Under the pieces are notes generated by a model that was not told the DNA's origin, did not search any database, and worked only from the letters and a program-made list of their open reading frames with translations. Position numbers and translations under genes: made by a program. This document shows, piece by piece, positions 17,965 through 27,362 of a stretch of 64,000 nucleotides of DNA. This stretch comes from Acidobacteriota bacterium. GTDB taxonomy: Bacteria; Acidobacteriota; Thermoanaerobaculia; Gp7-AA8. The DNA lies in assembly GCA_019244185.1 (NCBI GenBank), contig JAFATB010000023.1:499446-563445 (forward strand), read 5' to 3'. The first letter of the stretch is position 1; each line of letters begins with the position of its first letter.

Positions 17965-20883
17965 TCAGGCGCTCGCGTCGCGCAGCCACGTGCCGGTCGT
18001 GGTCTCGTCCGCGACGCGGACGCAGTTGCGGCCGGAGTGTTTCGCCGCGTACAGCGCGCGGTCCGCGCCGGCGACGAGGCTCTCCGCCGCCATCCCCGCG
18101 CCCGGCACGAGCGACGCGACGCCGCAGCTCGCGGTCATGCGTCCGCCGCCGTTGCCGTACGGAACGCCGAGCTTCTCGATGCCTTCGCGCAGCGATTCGG
18201 CGACGCGCAGCGCGCCGTCGCTGTCGACGCCAGGCAGCAGGATCGCGAACTCCTCGCCGCCGTAGCGCGCGACGACTTCGCCGCTGCGGCGGATCGTCTC
18301 CGCGAGAAACGCGCCGATGCGGCGGAGGCAGTCGTCGCCCGCGGGATGTCCGCGCCGATCGTTGAGATCCTTGAAGTAGTCGAGGTCGACGAGGATCAGC
18401 GCGAGCGGCTGCTCGCGGCGGCGCGCGCGGTTCCATTCGTCGCTCAGCGCGCGCTCGAACGAGCGGCGGTTCGCGATGCCGGTGAGATCGTCTTCGAGCG
18501 AGAGCGCCTCGAGCCGCGTGTTCGCTTGTTCGAGCAGCAGCACGGTCTCGCGCAGCTCCGCCGTCTTCGCCTCGACGCGGCGGCGCAGGCGATCGGCCTG
18601 CATCGTGAGAGCAGCCGTTCGCACGCGGATGATCGCGAACAGTACCGCCAGCGCGAGCAGCGTCCACAGCGCGTACGCGGCGGGCGTGCGATGCCACGGC
18701 GGCTGGACCGTGAACGACCATTGCGCCTCGCCGCTCGGCAGCATGGCCGGGCCGCGCGCGCGGAGGCGGAAGGTGTAGTCGTTAGCCTCGAGCAGCGTGT
18801 AGTCGATGAACGGCTGCTCGGTCCATTCGCTCCAGTTCGCGTCGATCGGCTCGAGGCGGTACTGATACGCGACGCCGGGGCGGTACGACGCGGGCGCGAA
18901 CTCGATGCGCAGGCGGCGGAAGTCGTGCCGCAGCGTGACGCGCTCGCCCGTCGACGCGCCGCCGAAGAGCACGCGGCTCTCGCCGGCGACGACGCGCCGG
19001 ATCAGCGGCGGCGGCTGCGCCTCGAGCTCCTGGGCCGCAAGCGCCGGTTCGTAGCGGAAGAGGCCGCGGTCCGCCGCGAACCACAGCACGCCGTTCGCGT
19101 CGCGGATCATGTTCTGGATGTCGGACGCATTCACCGCGACGAGCGGGCGTCCTTCGCGCGCGTACGTGCCGTTCGCGTTGCGCGTGAAGACGCGCGGCGG
19201 CGTGGAGTTGATCCAAACATCCCCGCGCGCATCCTCGGTCAGCGTGAAGAAGCCGCCCGGCGCGGTGAGGTGGCCGAGGAGCGGATCGCGGACGAGTGTT
19301 CCGTTCTTGCCGATCGATTCGACCGAGCCGCCGCTCGCGCGCACGAACACCGTGCGGCCGCCGATCGAGAAGACGTTCATCTCGCCGTCGCCGTACTGCT
19401 GCACGCGCTGTTGCGCCGTGCGCGCGTGGTCGATTCGGATGATGCCGTTGAAGACGGTGCCGCACCAGAGCGTGCCGTCGCGTTCCTCGAGCACCGAGCC
19501 GGCGTACTCCGGCGTAGCCGGCACGCCGCCTTCGTCGCGCCACGTCGTTCCCTCGCGGCGCATGCTGCGCAGCCCCTGGCGCGTGGCGAGCCAGACGCGC
19601 GCGGGATCGGTCGGCGAGCGCAGCATCTCGTACATCTCGCCGCGCAGCGGCACGAGTCGTTCGAGCGCGTCGCCGTGCAGGCGGTACATGCCTTTGGTCG
19701 TGCCGACGAGCAGTTCGTCGTCCACGACGAGCAGCCGCCACACGCCGTCGCCTTCGACGTCGAACGCGCGCGTTTTGCCGTTCGCGATTTCGTACAGGCC
19801 GTGCGAGCTGGCGACGTAGAGCGCACCATGAAAGTGCGCGACGTCGCTCGAGCTGCCGCGCACGCCGCGCCGCGCGTCGAAGAGCGTGACCGGCGACGCG
19901 AGATCGATGCGCACGATCGGCCCCGACATCGTCAGCCACAGCGCGCCTTCGCGATCGACGCGCGCTTGCGTGACGACGGCGTCGGGCAGTCCCGAGTTTT
20001 CCTCGATGACCTGTTCGAGCTCGCCCGTCGCGCGCACCACCGCGACGCCGTGCTGCCGCGAGGCGAGCACGATGCGGCCGTCGTGCAGCACGCAGCCGCC
20101 CGTGATGATTTTCCCGCGCATCCACCGCGAGCCGTCGGGCGACCACGGCGTGACGTTCGCGCCGTCGACGGTGAAGAGTCCCCGATCGCGCACCGCGGCG
20201 AGGAGCGTCGTTCCGCTGCGCAGGACGAGATCGACGCGCTCTCCCGCGAACGCGACCGGCGTCACGCGGCTCGTGCGCGGATCGAACCGCTGCAGCCCGC
20301 CCGGTCCGCGCAGCAGCACCGCGCCGCCGTCGGACGTGCAGCCGTGCGGCGCGCTCTCGAGCGGCGCGTCGTTGACAACACGCGCGGTGCGGCCGTTCCA
20401 CGCGATGACCGTGCGCTCCGCGACGAAGAGGAAGCCGCCGGGCATCGCGCAGACGCCGCGCACTTCGCCGACCTCACGCTGCGTCTTCGGCAGCAGCGGC
20501 ACGAGCGAGCGGTATTGCGGCGCGCCGTGCGCGTCATTCGCGAGCACGCCGAAATCGTTGATGAGGCCGAGGGCGACGCCGCCGCGATCGTCCGTCGCGA
20601 CCGCGAACGCGACCTGCTCCTCCGGCAGCTTCATGAGGTTCCACCACGCGCCGTCGTACGTGAGCAGTCCGTGGAGATTGCCGAAGTAGAGGATGCCGCG
20701 GCTGTCCTGCGCCACATCGAACGTCTGCGGCCCGGCCTTGTGCGCCTCGGCGGGAAAGACCGTGATCAGCGGAACGCCGCGCTCATCCGCGCGCGCGCCG
20801 CACGCGAAGAGCAGCACGAACGCCACCGCGGCCCGCAACGGCCGGGCCACGCGCGCTGCAAAGCGCCGCCACTGATTCCCCAT
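17965..20883 (-). CDS. Diguanylate cyclase with extracytoplasmic two-component-regulator beta-propeller and Y_Y_Y domain
   Basis: Repeated D..G.LW propeller blades, YQYRLE...YTFRLRA, TM helix, DDLTGIANRR and GGEEF. Confidence 0.88.
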   Translation of the reverse strand: MGNQWRRFAARVARPLRAAVAFVLLFACGARADERGVPLITVFPAEAHKAGPQTFDVAQDSRGILYFGNLHGLLTYDGAWWNLMKLPEEQVAFAVATDDRGGVALGLINDFGVLANDAHGAPQYRSLVPLLPKTQREVGEVRGVCAMPGGFLFVAERTVIAWNGRTARVVNDAPLESAPHGCTSDGGAVLLRGPGGLQRFDPRTSRVTPVAFAGERVDLVLRSGTTLLAAVRDRGLFTVDGANVTPWSPDGSRWMRGKIITGGCVLHDGRIVLASRQHGVAVVRATGELEQVIEENSGLPDAVVTQARVDREGALWLTMSGPIVRIDLASPVTLFDARRGVRGSSSDVAHFHGALYVASSHGLYEIANGKTRAFDVEGDGVWRLLVVDDELLVGTTKGMYRLHGDALERLVPLRGEMYEMLRSPTDPARVWLATRQGLRSMRREGTTWRDEGGVPATPEYAGSVLEERDGTLWCGTVFNGIIRIDHARTAQQRVQQYGDGEMNVFSIGGRTVFVRASGGSVESIGKNGTLVRDPLLGHLTAPGGFFTLTEDARGDVWINSTPPRVFTRNANGTYAREGRPLVAVNASDIQNMIRDANGVLWFAADRGLFRYEPALAAQELEAQPPPLIRRVVAGESRVLFGGASTGERVTLRHDFRRLRIEFAPASYRPGVAYQYRLEPIDANWSEWTEQPFIDYTLLEANDYTFRLRARGPAMLPSGEAQWSFTVQPPWHRTPAAYALWTLLALAVLFAIIRVRTAALTMQADRLRRRVEAKTAELRETVLLLEQANTRLEALSLEDDLTGIANRRSFERALSDEWNRARRREQPLALILVDLDYFKDLNDRRGHPAGDDCLRRIGAFLAETIRRSGEVVARYGGEEFAILLPGVDSDGALRVAESLREGIEKLGVPYGNGGGRMTASCGVASLVPGAGMAAESLVAGADRALYAAKHSGRNCVRVADETTTGTWLRDASA

Positions 20884-20904
20884 GTCTCTCGAACCCGCAC
20901 GACC

Positions 20905-21789
20905 TTAACACGGCGGTGCGGTCTCTGTTGAGACGGGGCTCGGGCGCACAAGGTGCTGCGCGCCGCCCGTCGCCATCCAGTCGTCGCGCTGCGCGCGAAA
21001 CGGCAGCGCCGTGATCGCGGCGAGCGTGACGTCGGACGCGCGCGCGTACGCCGGGACGCCGATGTCGATGGCGTTCTGTGGGACGTCGAGGCGCAGCGTG
21101 CCGTGCAGCCGATCCCACCAGGAGAAGAGACTCGACCAGTTGCTGTCCGTCTCGTCGCGATAGTCGGAGTGATGGATGCCGTGCATGCGCGGCGTGACGA
21201 TCCAACGCGCGAGCCGCCGCTCGAGTTCCGGCGTGAGGCGCAGGTTCGAGTGATGAAAGGCGATCGAGACGAGGAGCAGCGTCTGCCAGAGCGAGAGCGT
21301 GAACGCGTCGACGCCGAAGAGACGCACCTGCGCCATGCGGTAGAAAACCGAGAGCGACAGCTCGCCGAAATGAAAGCGGATTGCGGTGGACGCGTCGAGA
21401 TCGCGATCGACGTGATGCACGAGATGAAAGCGCCAGAGCGGCGGCAACTCGTGATTCGCGCGATGCCACCACCAGAGCGTGTAGTCGAGCAGCAGCACGC
21501 CGAGGAGCGTGCGCACGGAGCGCGGCAGCGGAAGACGGTGAAGGAGGCCGAGGCGGTCGCGTGTGACGCGCGCGACGAGCGGCGCGAGGAGCGGCGCCTG
21601 CAGCGCGGACGTGATCGCGGCGGTGAGCCCTGCGGTGGCGAGATTGCGCGCGGTGTGCGTCGCGCGCCGCTCGCGCCGGCGCCGCAGCGGACGCCGCGTT
21701 TCCGCGAACGCGATCAGCGCGAAGGCGCCGGCGACGAGAAGCGGCGTGAGCCAGCGTGGCGGCTCGCGATCGTCCGATTCCTCGCTCAT
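20905..21789 (-). CDS. Sterol desaturase / fatty acid hydroxylase family protein
   Basis: His boxes WWWHRANH, HLVHH, HHSN, HGIHH; WDRLHGT. Confidence 0.85.
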   Translation of the reverse strand: MSEESDDREPPRWLTPLLVAGAFALIAFAETRRPLRRRRERRATHTARNLATAGLTAAITSALQAPLLAPLVARVTRDRLGLLHRLPLPRSVRTLLGVLLLDYTLWWWHRANHELPPLWRFHLVHHVDRDLDASTAIRFHFGELSLSVFYRMAQVRLFGVDAFTLSLWQTLLLVSIAFHHSNLRLTPELERRLARWIVTPRMHGIHHSDYRDETDSNWSSLFSWWDRLHGTLRLDVPQNAIDIGVPAYARASDVTLAAITALPFRAQRDDWMATGGAQHLVRPSPVSTETAPPC

Positions 21790-21803
21790 GACGGACCGGC
21801 GCG

Positions 21804-22580
21804 TCAGTGTCCCGCGTACCAGTCGTAGCCGCGCTCGCCCCAGAAGTCGGCGGGGCGCACGTTCGTGTAGCGGATCGTGCCGATGCGCTTGAGGTTCTTG
21901 ATCCCGTACTTCACCGGGATCGCGAGCCGCAGCGGCGCGCCGTGATCGGACGTGAGCGGCGCGCCGTTCATCTCGTAAGCGAGGAGCGTCTGCGGATGAA
22001 ACGCGCTCGCGGCGTCGAGGCCGACGTAGTAGCCGCGTCCCGGCGTTTCGAGCGCGACGTACCGCGGGCGTTCGACCGGCGGGAACTTCTGCATGACGTC
22101 CGCGAGCCGCGAGCCCGCCCACTGCACAATGATCGACCATCCTTCGATGCAGCGGAGTTCGGTCACCATCTCGCGGCGCGGAAACGCCTTCACGTCGTCG
22201 AGCGTCAATGCGACGGGCGATGACGCGCCTTCGATGGAGAGACGCCACGCGTTGAGGTCGACCGGCTTGTCGAGGCCGATGTGCCCGTTGACGCGCGCGC
22301 GGGTGATGTCGGACTTGCGGAAGTTCGGACTGAGCCGCGCGTCGCGAAAGTACGACTCCGCGAGCGACTCGTTGCCTTGGAGCACGCGCCGCAGCGGCCA
22401 CGGCACGTCGCCTTCGCGTGGCCGCGTGCGCAGCCAGCTCCAGCCCGCGTAGCCCGCGCCCGCGGCGACCGCCATCGTCACGAAGCCGCGGCGCGTGAGG
22501 CGCTTCAGCTCGCGGTCGACCTGGGCGTCGTTCGCCGCGACGATGTCGACTTCTGTTTCGTCGCGTACCTCGTCAGTCAT
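21804..22580 (-). CDS. Molybdopterin-dependent oxidoreductase (sulfite oxidase family, MsrP-like), Tat substrate
   Basis: TRRGF twin-arginine motif; CIEGWS (Mo-ligating Cys); HGAPLRL...KYGIKNLKRI. Confidence 0.88.
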   Translation of the reverse strand: MTDEVRDETEVDIVAANDAQVDRELKRLTRRGFVTMAVAAGAGYAGWSWLRTRPREGDVPWPLRRVLQGNESLAESYFRDARLSPNFRKSDITRARVNGHIGLDKPVDLNAWRLSIEGASSPVALTLDDVKAFPRREMVTELRCIEGWSIIVQWAGSRLADVMQKFPPVERPRYVALETPGRGYYVGLDAASAFHPQTLLAYEMNGAPLTSDHGAPLRLAIPVKYGIKNLKRIGTIRYTNVRPADFWGERGYDWYAGH

Positions 22581-23229
22581 GCATTACCTCGACTCCGATC
22601 ACCATCGCGCGGAAGTTGTTCCACCCCGCGCGAATGACTTGCGCCACGTGCACGACGAAGAAGACCACGTAACCGACGGTGAGCCAGAAGTGAAAGAAGC
22701 GCGACATCGCGTAGCCGCCGAAGAGCGACGTGAGCCACGCGAACTGCACCGGCTTGTAGATGGCGATGCCGGTGAGCAGCGAGCCGAGGCCCATGAAGAT
22801 CACCGTCGTGTACGCGAGCTGCTGCGCGCCGTTGAACTTTCGCGCGGGCAGCGGCTCGCGTCGGATGCGCAGGTCATGCAACAGGACGTTCCAGGCGTCG
22901 CGGAACGAGTGGCGGTTCGGCACGAGCTCGCGCCATTCGCCGGAGACGAGCGTGTAGAGGACGTACAGCACGCCGTTGATGCCGAACAGCCACATGAAGA
23001 AGAAGTGCAGCGCCATCCCTTCGGCGAGGCGGTTGTTGACGTGCAGCGCGCGCCAGGTGGTCTGGTCGAGGTTCATCTTCGCGAGCGTGAAGTCGCCGAT
23101 GCCGAGGCGGTAGGCGGGGTAGGCCCAGTAGATCAGCGTGCCGCTGAAAATCATCAGCGCGAGCAGCGGAAAGTTGAGCCAGTGAAACCAGCGGATCGCG
23201 AGCGGATGCTTGTTCACGAGGCGTTTCAT
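22573..23229 (-). CDS. Cytochrome b/b6 domain membrane subunit
   Basis: HPLAIRWFHWLN, ALHFFFMW, KFNGAQQLAY, RFFHFW..HV heme ligands. Confidence 0.88.
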   Translation of the reverse strand: MKRLVNKHPLAIRWFHWLNFPLLALMIFSGTLIYWAYPAYRLGIGDFTLAKMNLDQTTWRALHVNNRLAEGMALHFFFMWLFGINGVLYVLYTLVSGEWRELVPNRHSFRDAWNVLLHDLRIRREPLPARKFNGAQQLAYTTVIFMGLGSLLTGIAIYKPVQFAWLTSLFGGYAMSRFFHFWLTVGYVVFFVVHVAQVIRAGWNNFRAMVIGVEVMHD

Positions 23230-23294
23230 CGTTCGTTCGATGCCGGTTGTGCGTCGCGGGTTTCCGCCTCATAGTAACGGCAGGAGGTCCCCTC

Positions 23295-24959
23295 ATGCCT
23301 GCACTGGAGGAAAAGATCCGCCACGTGGTGGTGCTGATGCTCGAAAACCGCTCGTTCGACCACATGCTCGGCGCGGTGAAGTTTGCGTCGAAGGTCGAAC
23401 AGCCCTCGGGAAGCGAATTCAATCGCGACTCCGACGGCAAGAAGGTGCCGATCTCATTCGACGCCGAGCCGGGCATCGAGGTCGGTCCCGATCACGGCCA
23501 CGTCGGCGTGATGATGCAGCTCACCGGCAAGAAGCCCGCGAAGAAGCCGCCGCTCTTTCCGCCGCCGGTGAACCTCACGATGGACGGCTTCGTCAGCAGC
23601 TTCGAGGACGTGTCTCTCAAGGCGAAGAAAAAAGGCTACGGCAGAAACATCATGCGCTGCCATCCGGAGACGGACATCCCGGTGCTGGCGACGCTCGCGA
23701 AAGAGTACGCCGTCTGCGATCGCTGGTTCTGCTCCGTGCCCGGCCAGACGTGGCCGAACCGCAACTACGCGCATGCGGCGACGTCGGACGGCGAGACGAA
23801 CATCGTCAAGCGCCTCTACAAGAATCGGACGATCTTCGAGGCGCTCGACAAAGGCGGCAAGCGCTGGCGCATCTATCACGACGGCGCGCCGCAGACATGG
23901 GTCTTCCCGAACCTCTGGACGAGCCTCGTCGCGCGCGGGCGTTTCCAGAAGATCGAGCGGCTCGAGGAGCACGTCGCGGCGGACAACATGCCGGCGTACA
24001 CGTTCATCGAGCCGCGCCACTTCGGCAAGAGCGCGAACAGCCAGCATCCGGAGAACCCCGCGAACGAGAGCTCGTTTCACGCCGGCGAGGCGCTCATCAA
24101 ACACGTCTACGACACGCTGACGTCGAACCGCGCGCTGTGGGAGTCGACGCTGCTCGTGATCACGTACGACGAGCACGGCGGCTTCTACGATCACGTGCCG
24201 CCGATGCCCGCCGCGCGTCCCGACAAGAAGGCGTCGGGCGAAGGCTTCGTCTTCGATCTCACCGGCGTGCGCGTGCCCGCGGTGCTCGTCTCGCCGTGGA
24301 TTCCGCGCGGCACCGTCGACTCGACGCCGTACGATCATTCGTCGATCCCGGCGTCGCTGCGCGAGCTGTTCATCCCCGACGCGCCGCCGCTCACCGGACG
24401 CGATGCCGTCGCGAACACGTTCTGGCGCAATGTCTCCCTGGGCGCACCGCGACAGGACGTGCCGCCCGTCGAGATTCCGGTGCAGGCCGCGGCGGCGCTC
24501 GACGTGCGCTTCCCGGTGCGCGCGGTCGCCGCGATGAAAGGCCAGAAGGTCGCGGAGGATGAACTGCCGGAATCGGAGGAGCCGTGGGCGTGGCTGACTT
24601 ACAACGTCGCGCGCGCGCTCGAAGCGGAGAAGCCGATCCGCGCCGCGGCCGCCGCCGCCGGCAAGCCGCTCGACAACATCCCCCTCGGCACGACCTTCTG
24701 GGAGTCGACCGAGGGACGGCTGATCACCAAGCGGCCGCCGCTGGCGAAGAAAGCGGCGGCGGCGATCGCGCCGATGGCCGCCGCGGCCGGCGGTCCCGCG
24801 CCGATCATCATCACCGGTTCCGACGAGCTCTCCGCGTTCGGCCTGCAGGTCTCCGACATGTTTCACGAGTCGGCGATCGAGGAAGAGCCGGTGCCGCCGG
24901 ACGACACGCCCGCGCCCGCGCCGCGGACACGCACGCGCCGCCGCGCGGTGACCTCGTAA
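23295..24959 (+). CDS. Phosphoesterase / phospholipase C family (alkaline phosphatase superfamily)
   Basis: IRHVVVLMLENRSFDH, PGQTWPNR, TYDEHGGFYDHV, GVRVP; AGGAGG RBS. Confidence 0.88.
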   Translation: MPALEEKIRHVVVLMLENRSFDHMLGAVKFASKVEQPSGSEFNRDSDGKKVPISFDAEPGIEVGPDHGHVGVMMQLTGKKPAKKPPLFPPPVNLTMDGFVSSFEDVSLKAKKKGYGRNIMRCHPETDIPVLATLAKEYAVCDRWFCSVPGQTWPNRNYAHAATSDGETNIVKRLYKNRTIFEALDKGGKRWRIYHDGAPQTWVFPNLWTSLVARGRFQKIERLEEHVAADNMPAYTFIEPRHFGKSANSQHPENPANESSFHAGEALIKHVYDTLTSNRALWESTLLVITYDEHGGFYDHVPPMPAARPDKKASGEGFVFDLTGVRVPAVLVSPWIPRGTVDSTPYDHSSIPASLRELFIPDAPPLTGRDAVANTFWRNVSLGAPRQDVPPVEIPVQAAAALDVRFPVRAVAAMKGQKVAEDELPESEEPWAWLTYNVARALEAEKPIRAAAAAAGKPLDNIPLGTTFWESTEGRLITKRPPLAKKAAAAIAPMAAAAGGPAPIIITGSDELSAFGLQVSDMFHESAIEEEPVPPDDTPAPAPRTRTRRRAVTS

Positions 24960-25004
24960 CCCGCGTTGCGACGTGCCGGCCGCTCACGCGGCCGGCACGT
25001 CCGC
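24936..25004. repeat. 69-bp direct repeat copy 1 with 14-bp-stem palindrome
   Basis: cgccgccgcgcggtgacctcgtaacc...GACGTGCCGGCCGC-tcac-GCGGCCGGCACGTC-cgc; 67/69 identical to 25624-25692. Confidence 0.92.
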
Positions 25005-25042
25005 GATTCAGAATGATGGAAGCGGATGCTTGCGACGAAGAG

Positions 25043-25600
25043 TCAGCGCGCGCGCCGATAGTGCATGGCGACCGCACCGTTGCGGAGCGGCTTCGCCGAG
25101 ACCAGTTCCAACCGTCGCGTACTCGGCAGCCCGCTCTGGTACAGGGTCGGGCCATGCCCGGCAATCCTCGGGTGCACGAGAAAGTTGTACTCGTCGATAA
25201 GATCCAGCCGATCGAGTTCGGTTGCGAGCTTGCCGCTACCGAGGAGCACGCCGGCCGGCGTCGCGTCCTTGAGCTTCTGCACGCCCGTGCGCAGGTCGCC
25301 GGCGAGATGGTGGCTGTTGGTCCACGGGAAGTCGTTTCGCGTCGACGACACCACGTACTTCGGCTTGGCCTCCAGCTTGACCGCCCACTCGCGCATCGCC
25401 GGCGGCGCCTCCTCGTCGCCGCGGGCGACTGCTGGCCAGTAGCTCTCCATCATCTCGTAAGTGACGCGGCCCCACAGCATCGCCCCGCCCTCATCCATGA
25501 GGCGTGTGAAGAAGGCGTGTGTCTCGTCGTCGGCGATACCCTCCCGGTGGTCGACGCAGCCGTCCAGGGTGACATTGATGCTGAAGGTCAAAAGTCCCAC
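25043..25600 (-). CDS. Dihydrofolate reductase family (RibD C-terminal-like) protein
   Basis: INVTLDG, LWGRVTYEMM, KYVVSST, GSGKL, LIDEY..LVHP.IAGHG; GTG start preceded by TAGACT at 6 nt. Confidence 0.9.
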   Translation of the reverse strand: MGLLTFSINVTLDGCVDHREGIADDETHAFFTRLMDEGGAMLWGRVTYEMMESYWPAVARGDEEAPPAMREWAVKLEAKPKYVVSSTRNDFPWTNSHHLAGDLRTGVQKLKDATPAGVLLGSGKLATELDRLDLIDEYNFLVHPRIAGHGPTLYQSGLPSTRRLELVSAKPLRNGAVAMHYRRAR

Positions 25601-25623
25601 GGAGCGAGTCTAAGCGATCCAAT

Positions 25624-25692
25624 CGCCGCCGCGCGGTGACCTCGTAACCTGCGGTGCGACGTGCCGGCCGCTCACGCGGCCGGCACGTCCGC
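25624..25692. repeat. 69-bp direct repeat copy 2 with 14-bp-stem palindrome
   Basis: Second copy; contains the stop codon of the ABA4-like gene. Confidence 0.92.
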
Positions 25693-26166
25693 CTCGACCA
25701 GCAGTCCGAATCTGTTTCGATATCCCTCGATCGCGTAGTAGAGCGCCATGCCCGGAGGCGCGTTCGCGAACGTCATGGCCAGCACGAAGACGAGCGTCGG
25801 GTAGTTGAGGCCCGTCTTCTGCGCGCGCCGCGCGATCCATGCGCCGGCGATCATGTCCATGGCCAGGATGTCCAGCCACGCCACCAGGAGCAACCCCTGG
25901 TTCTCGAACATCCACTGCACGCCCGGCAGGCTGCTGAAGCGCTTCGCGTACGTTTGGAGGAAGGTCATCCCCTCCGGCTGATCCCAATACGCGACCAGGA
26001 GGTAGCAGTACGTGGTCGACATGACCACCGGCGTGAGCACGCCGCACAGCCACCAGTTCACGAAGTGCTTCCGCGGGAAGAGGAACAGCGCCAGCCAGCT
26101 CGCGGCCGCGAGTCCCATCGACAGGTAGAACAACAGCTCGGGGATCGTTTTCGGAGGAGGGAGCAT
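25672..26166 (-). CDS. ABA4-like / DUF4281 family membrane protein
   Basis: W..L.FP...FSSL.GV..MF....LLVAWLDILAMDMIAGAWI pattern (the His of the usual W.H.LAFD motif is replaced by D). Alternative start 26181. Confidence 0.7.
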   Translation of the reverse strand: MLPPPKTIPELLFYLSMGLAAASWLALFLFPRKHFVNWWLCGVLTPVVMSTTYCYLLVAYWDQPEGMTFLQTYAKRFSSLPGVQWMFENQGLLLVAWLDILAMDMIAGAWIARRAQKTGLNYPTLVFVLAMTFANAPPGMALYYAIEGYRNRFGLLVEADVPAA

Positions 26167-26219
26167 ACGACCTCGCTCCATCCATTAAAGAGGATTTAAG
26201 TCAGAAAATCAATAAAGAC

Positions 26220-27353
26220 TTATCGCTCGACGAAGCGCACGCGGATGTCCTTCAGCACGATCTCGTCGTCGGCCGCCGGCTCGAAGACGAGGAAGTCGCC
26301 GGCGATGTGATGGCCGTCGACGGTGATCGTGCGTCCCTCGCGCGTGACGTCGAGACCGCTCTCCAGCAGTTCGTCGTCGATGCGCAGGCGCAGCCGGCCG
26401 CCCGCGCGCGTGCCGACGTCGTCGCGCGCGTAGAAGCGGATCGACTCCACCGGCCGCCCGTGCAGGGCGATGCTGATGCGCGCGTGCCGCCCGCCGCACT
26501 GCGAGCCGCCGATGCAGCCGCCCTCGTCCGTCACTTCCGACGGACCGTAGTGCGACGGTCCCTTGCCGTACACGTCGTGGCCGAGCGAGCTGCCGCGCGC
26601 GCCGTAGAGCACTTCGATCTCGCTGACCTCGACCTCGTCGTCGCTGGCGGTGGCGATGGTGAGGCGCGTGCCGCGGATGTTGTCGACGTCGAACTGGTGG
26701 CGCTTGCCGTTGCGCTGCACGTCGACGTACGAGGCGACGGCCTTGTCGTCGATCTTCACGGTGAGCTTGCCGTCCGCGCGCGTGCCGATGTTGTCGTGCG
26801 CCCAGAAGCGGATGCCGAGGACCGGCGCGTTGTCGAGGGCGATGGTGATGCGGTTGCCGTTCTTGCGGCACTCGTCGCCGCCGATGCAGAGCTTCGCCTG
26901 CGGATACGAGCGCCAGCCGCGCGCGTGCGGATCGCGGTCTGCGTCGCGGTCCCGCGGACGCACGCCGCCGCCGCCGCCGGTGCGACGTCCGTACAACACG
27001 GCGATGTTGTCGATCTGGACTTCGTCCTTCTCCGCCGGCTCGAAGATGAGAGCGCGCCCTTCGAGCTCGTCGACGTCGAGCGTGTAGGTCTGCCCGTTGC
27101 GCGCGATGTCGAGGTACGAGGTGATCGTGTTGCCGTCGATCTTCACGCGCAGCGCGCCGCCGGCGGTCTCGCCGATGTTGTCGCTCGCGTGGAAGCGCAC
27201 GGCAATGACGGGGCGGTCCTCGATCGGAATGCGCAGCCAGCGATCGGCGCAGCGGCTCCCGCCGATGCAGCCGCTGCCGGGCAGCGATGTCCAGTCACGC
27301 TGCGCGAATGCAACCGTCGGAACGAATGCGAGGAGGAAAAGCAGACGACGCAT
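26220..27353 (-). CDS. Secreted hypothetical protein with three internal ~100-aa repeats
   Basis: Signal peptide; three copies of CIGG..C...IRF.A.D..G..A.G.L..ID....LD...G...D.....DE. Confidence 0.75.
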   Translation of the reverse strand: MRRLLFLLAFVPTVAFAQRDWTSLPGSGCIGGSRCADRWLRIPIEDRPVIAVRFHASDNIGETAGGALRVKIDGNTITSYLDIARNGQTYTLDVDELEGRALIFEPAEKDEVQIDNIAVLYGRRTGGGGGVRPRDRDADRDPHARGWRSYPQAKLCIGGDECRKNGNRITIALDNAPVLGIRFWAHDNIGTRADGKLTVKIDDKAVASYVDVQRNGKRHQFDVDNIRGTRLTIATASDDEVEVSEIEVLYGARGSSLGHDVYGKGPSHYGPSEVTDEGGCIGGSQCGGRHARISIALHGRPVESIRFYARDDVGTRAGGRLRLRIDDELLESGLDVTREGRTITVDGHHIAGDFLVFEPAADDEIVLKDIRVRFVER

Positions 27354-27362
27354 GCGCGGATT

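Noticed and set aside
25043-25600. Trimethoprim-resistance dfr gene
   Set aside because: Motifs fit the RibD-C/DHFR-like family rather than FolA/DfrA; resistance cannot be inferred.
24936-25692. Integron attC cassette or two-repeat CRISPR interpretation of the direct repeats
   Set aside because: No RYYYAAC/GTTRRRY ends, and no integrase or cas genes in the window; the repeat is made of host gene ends. Kept as a finding with mechanism unknown.
26182-26219. AT-rich patch as a possible ncRNA or element end
   Set aside because: Short, unstructured, and explained as the promoter region of the ABA4-like gene.
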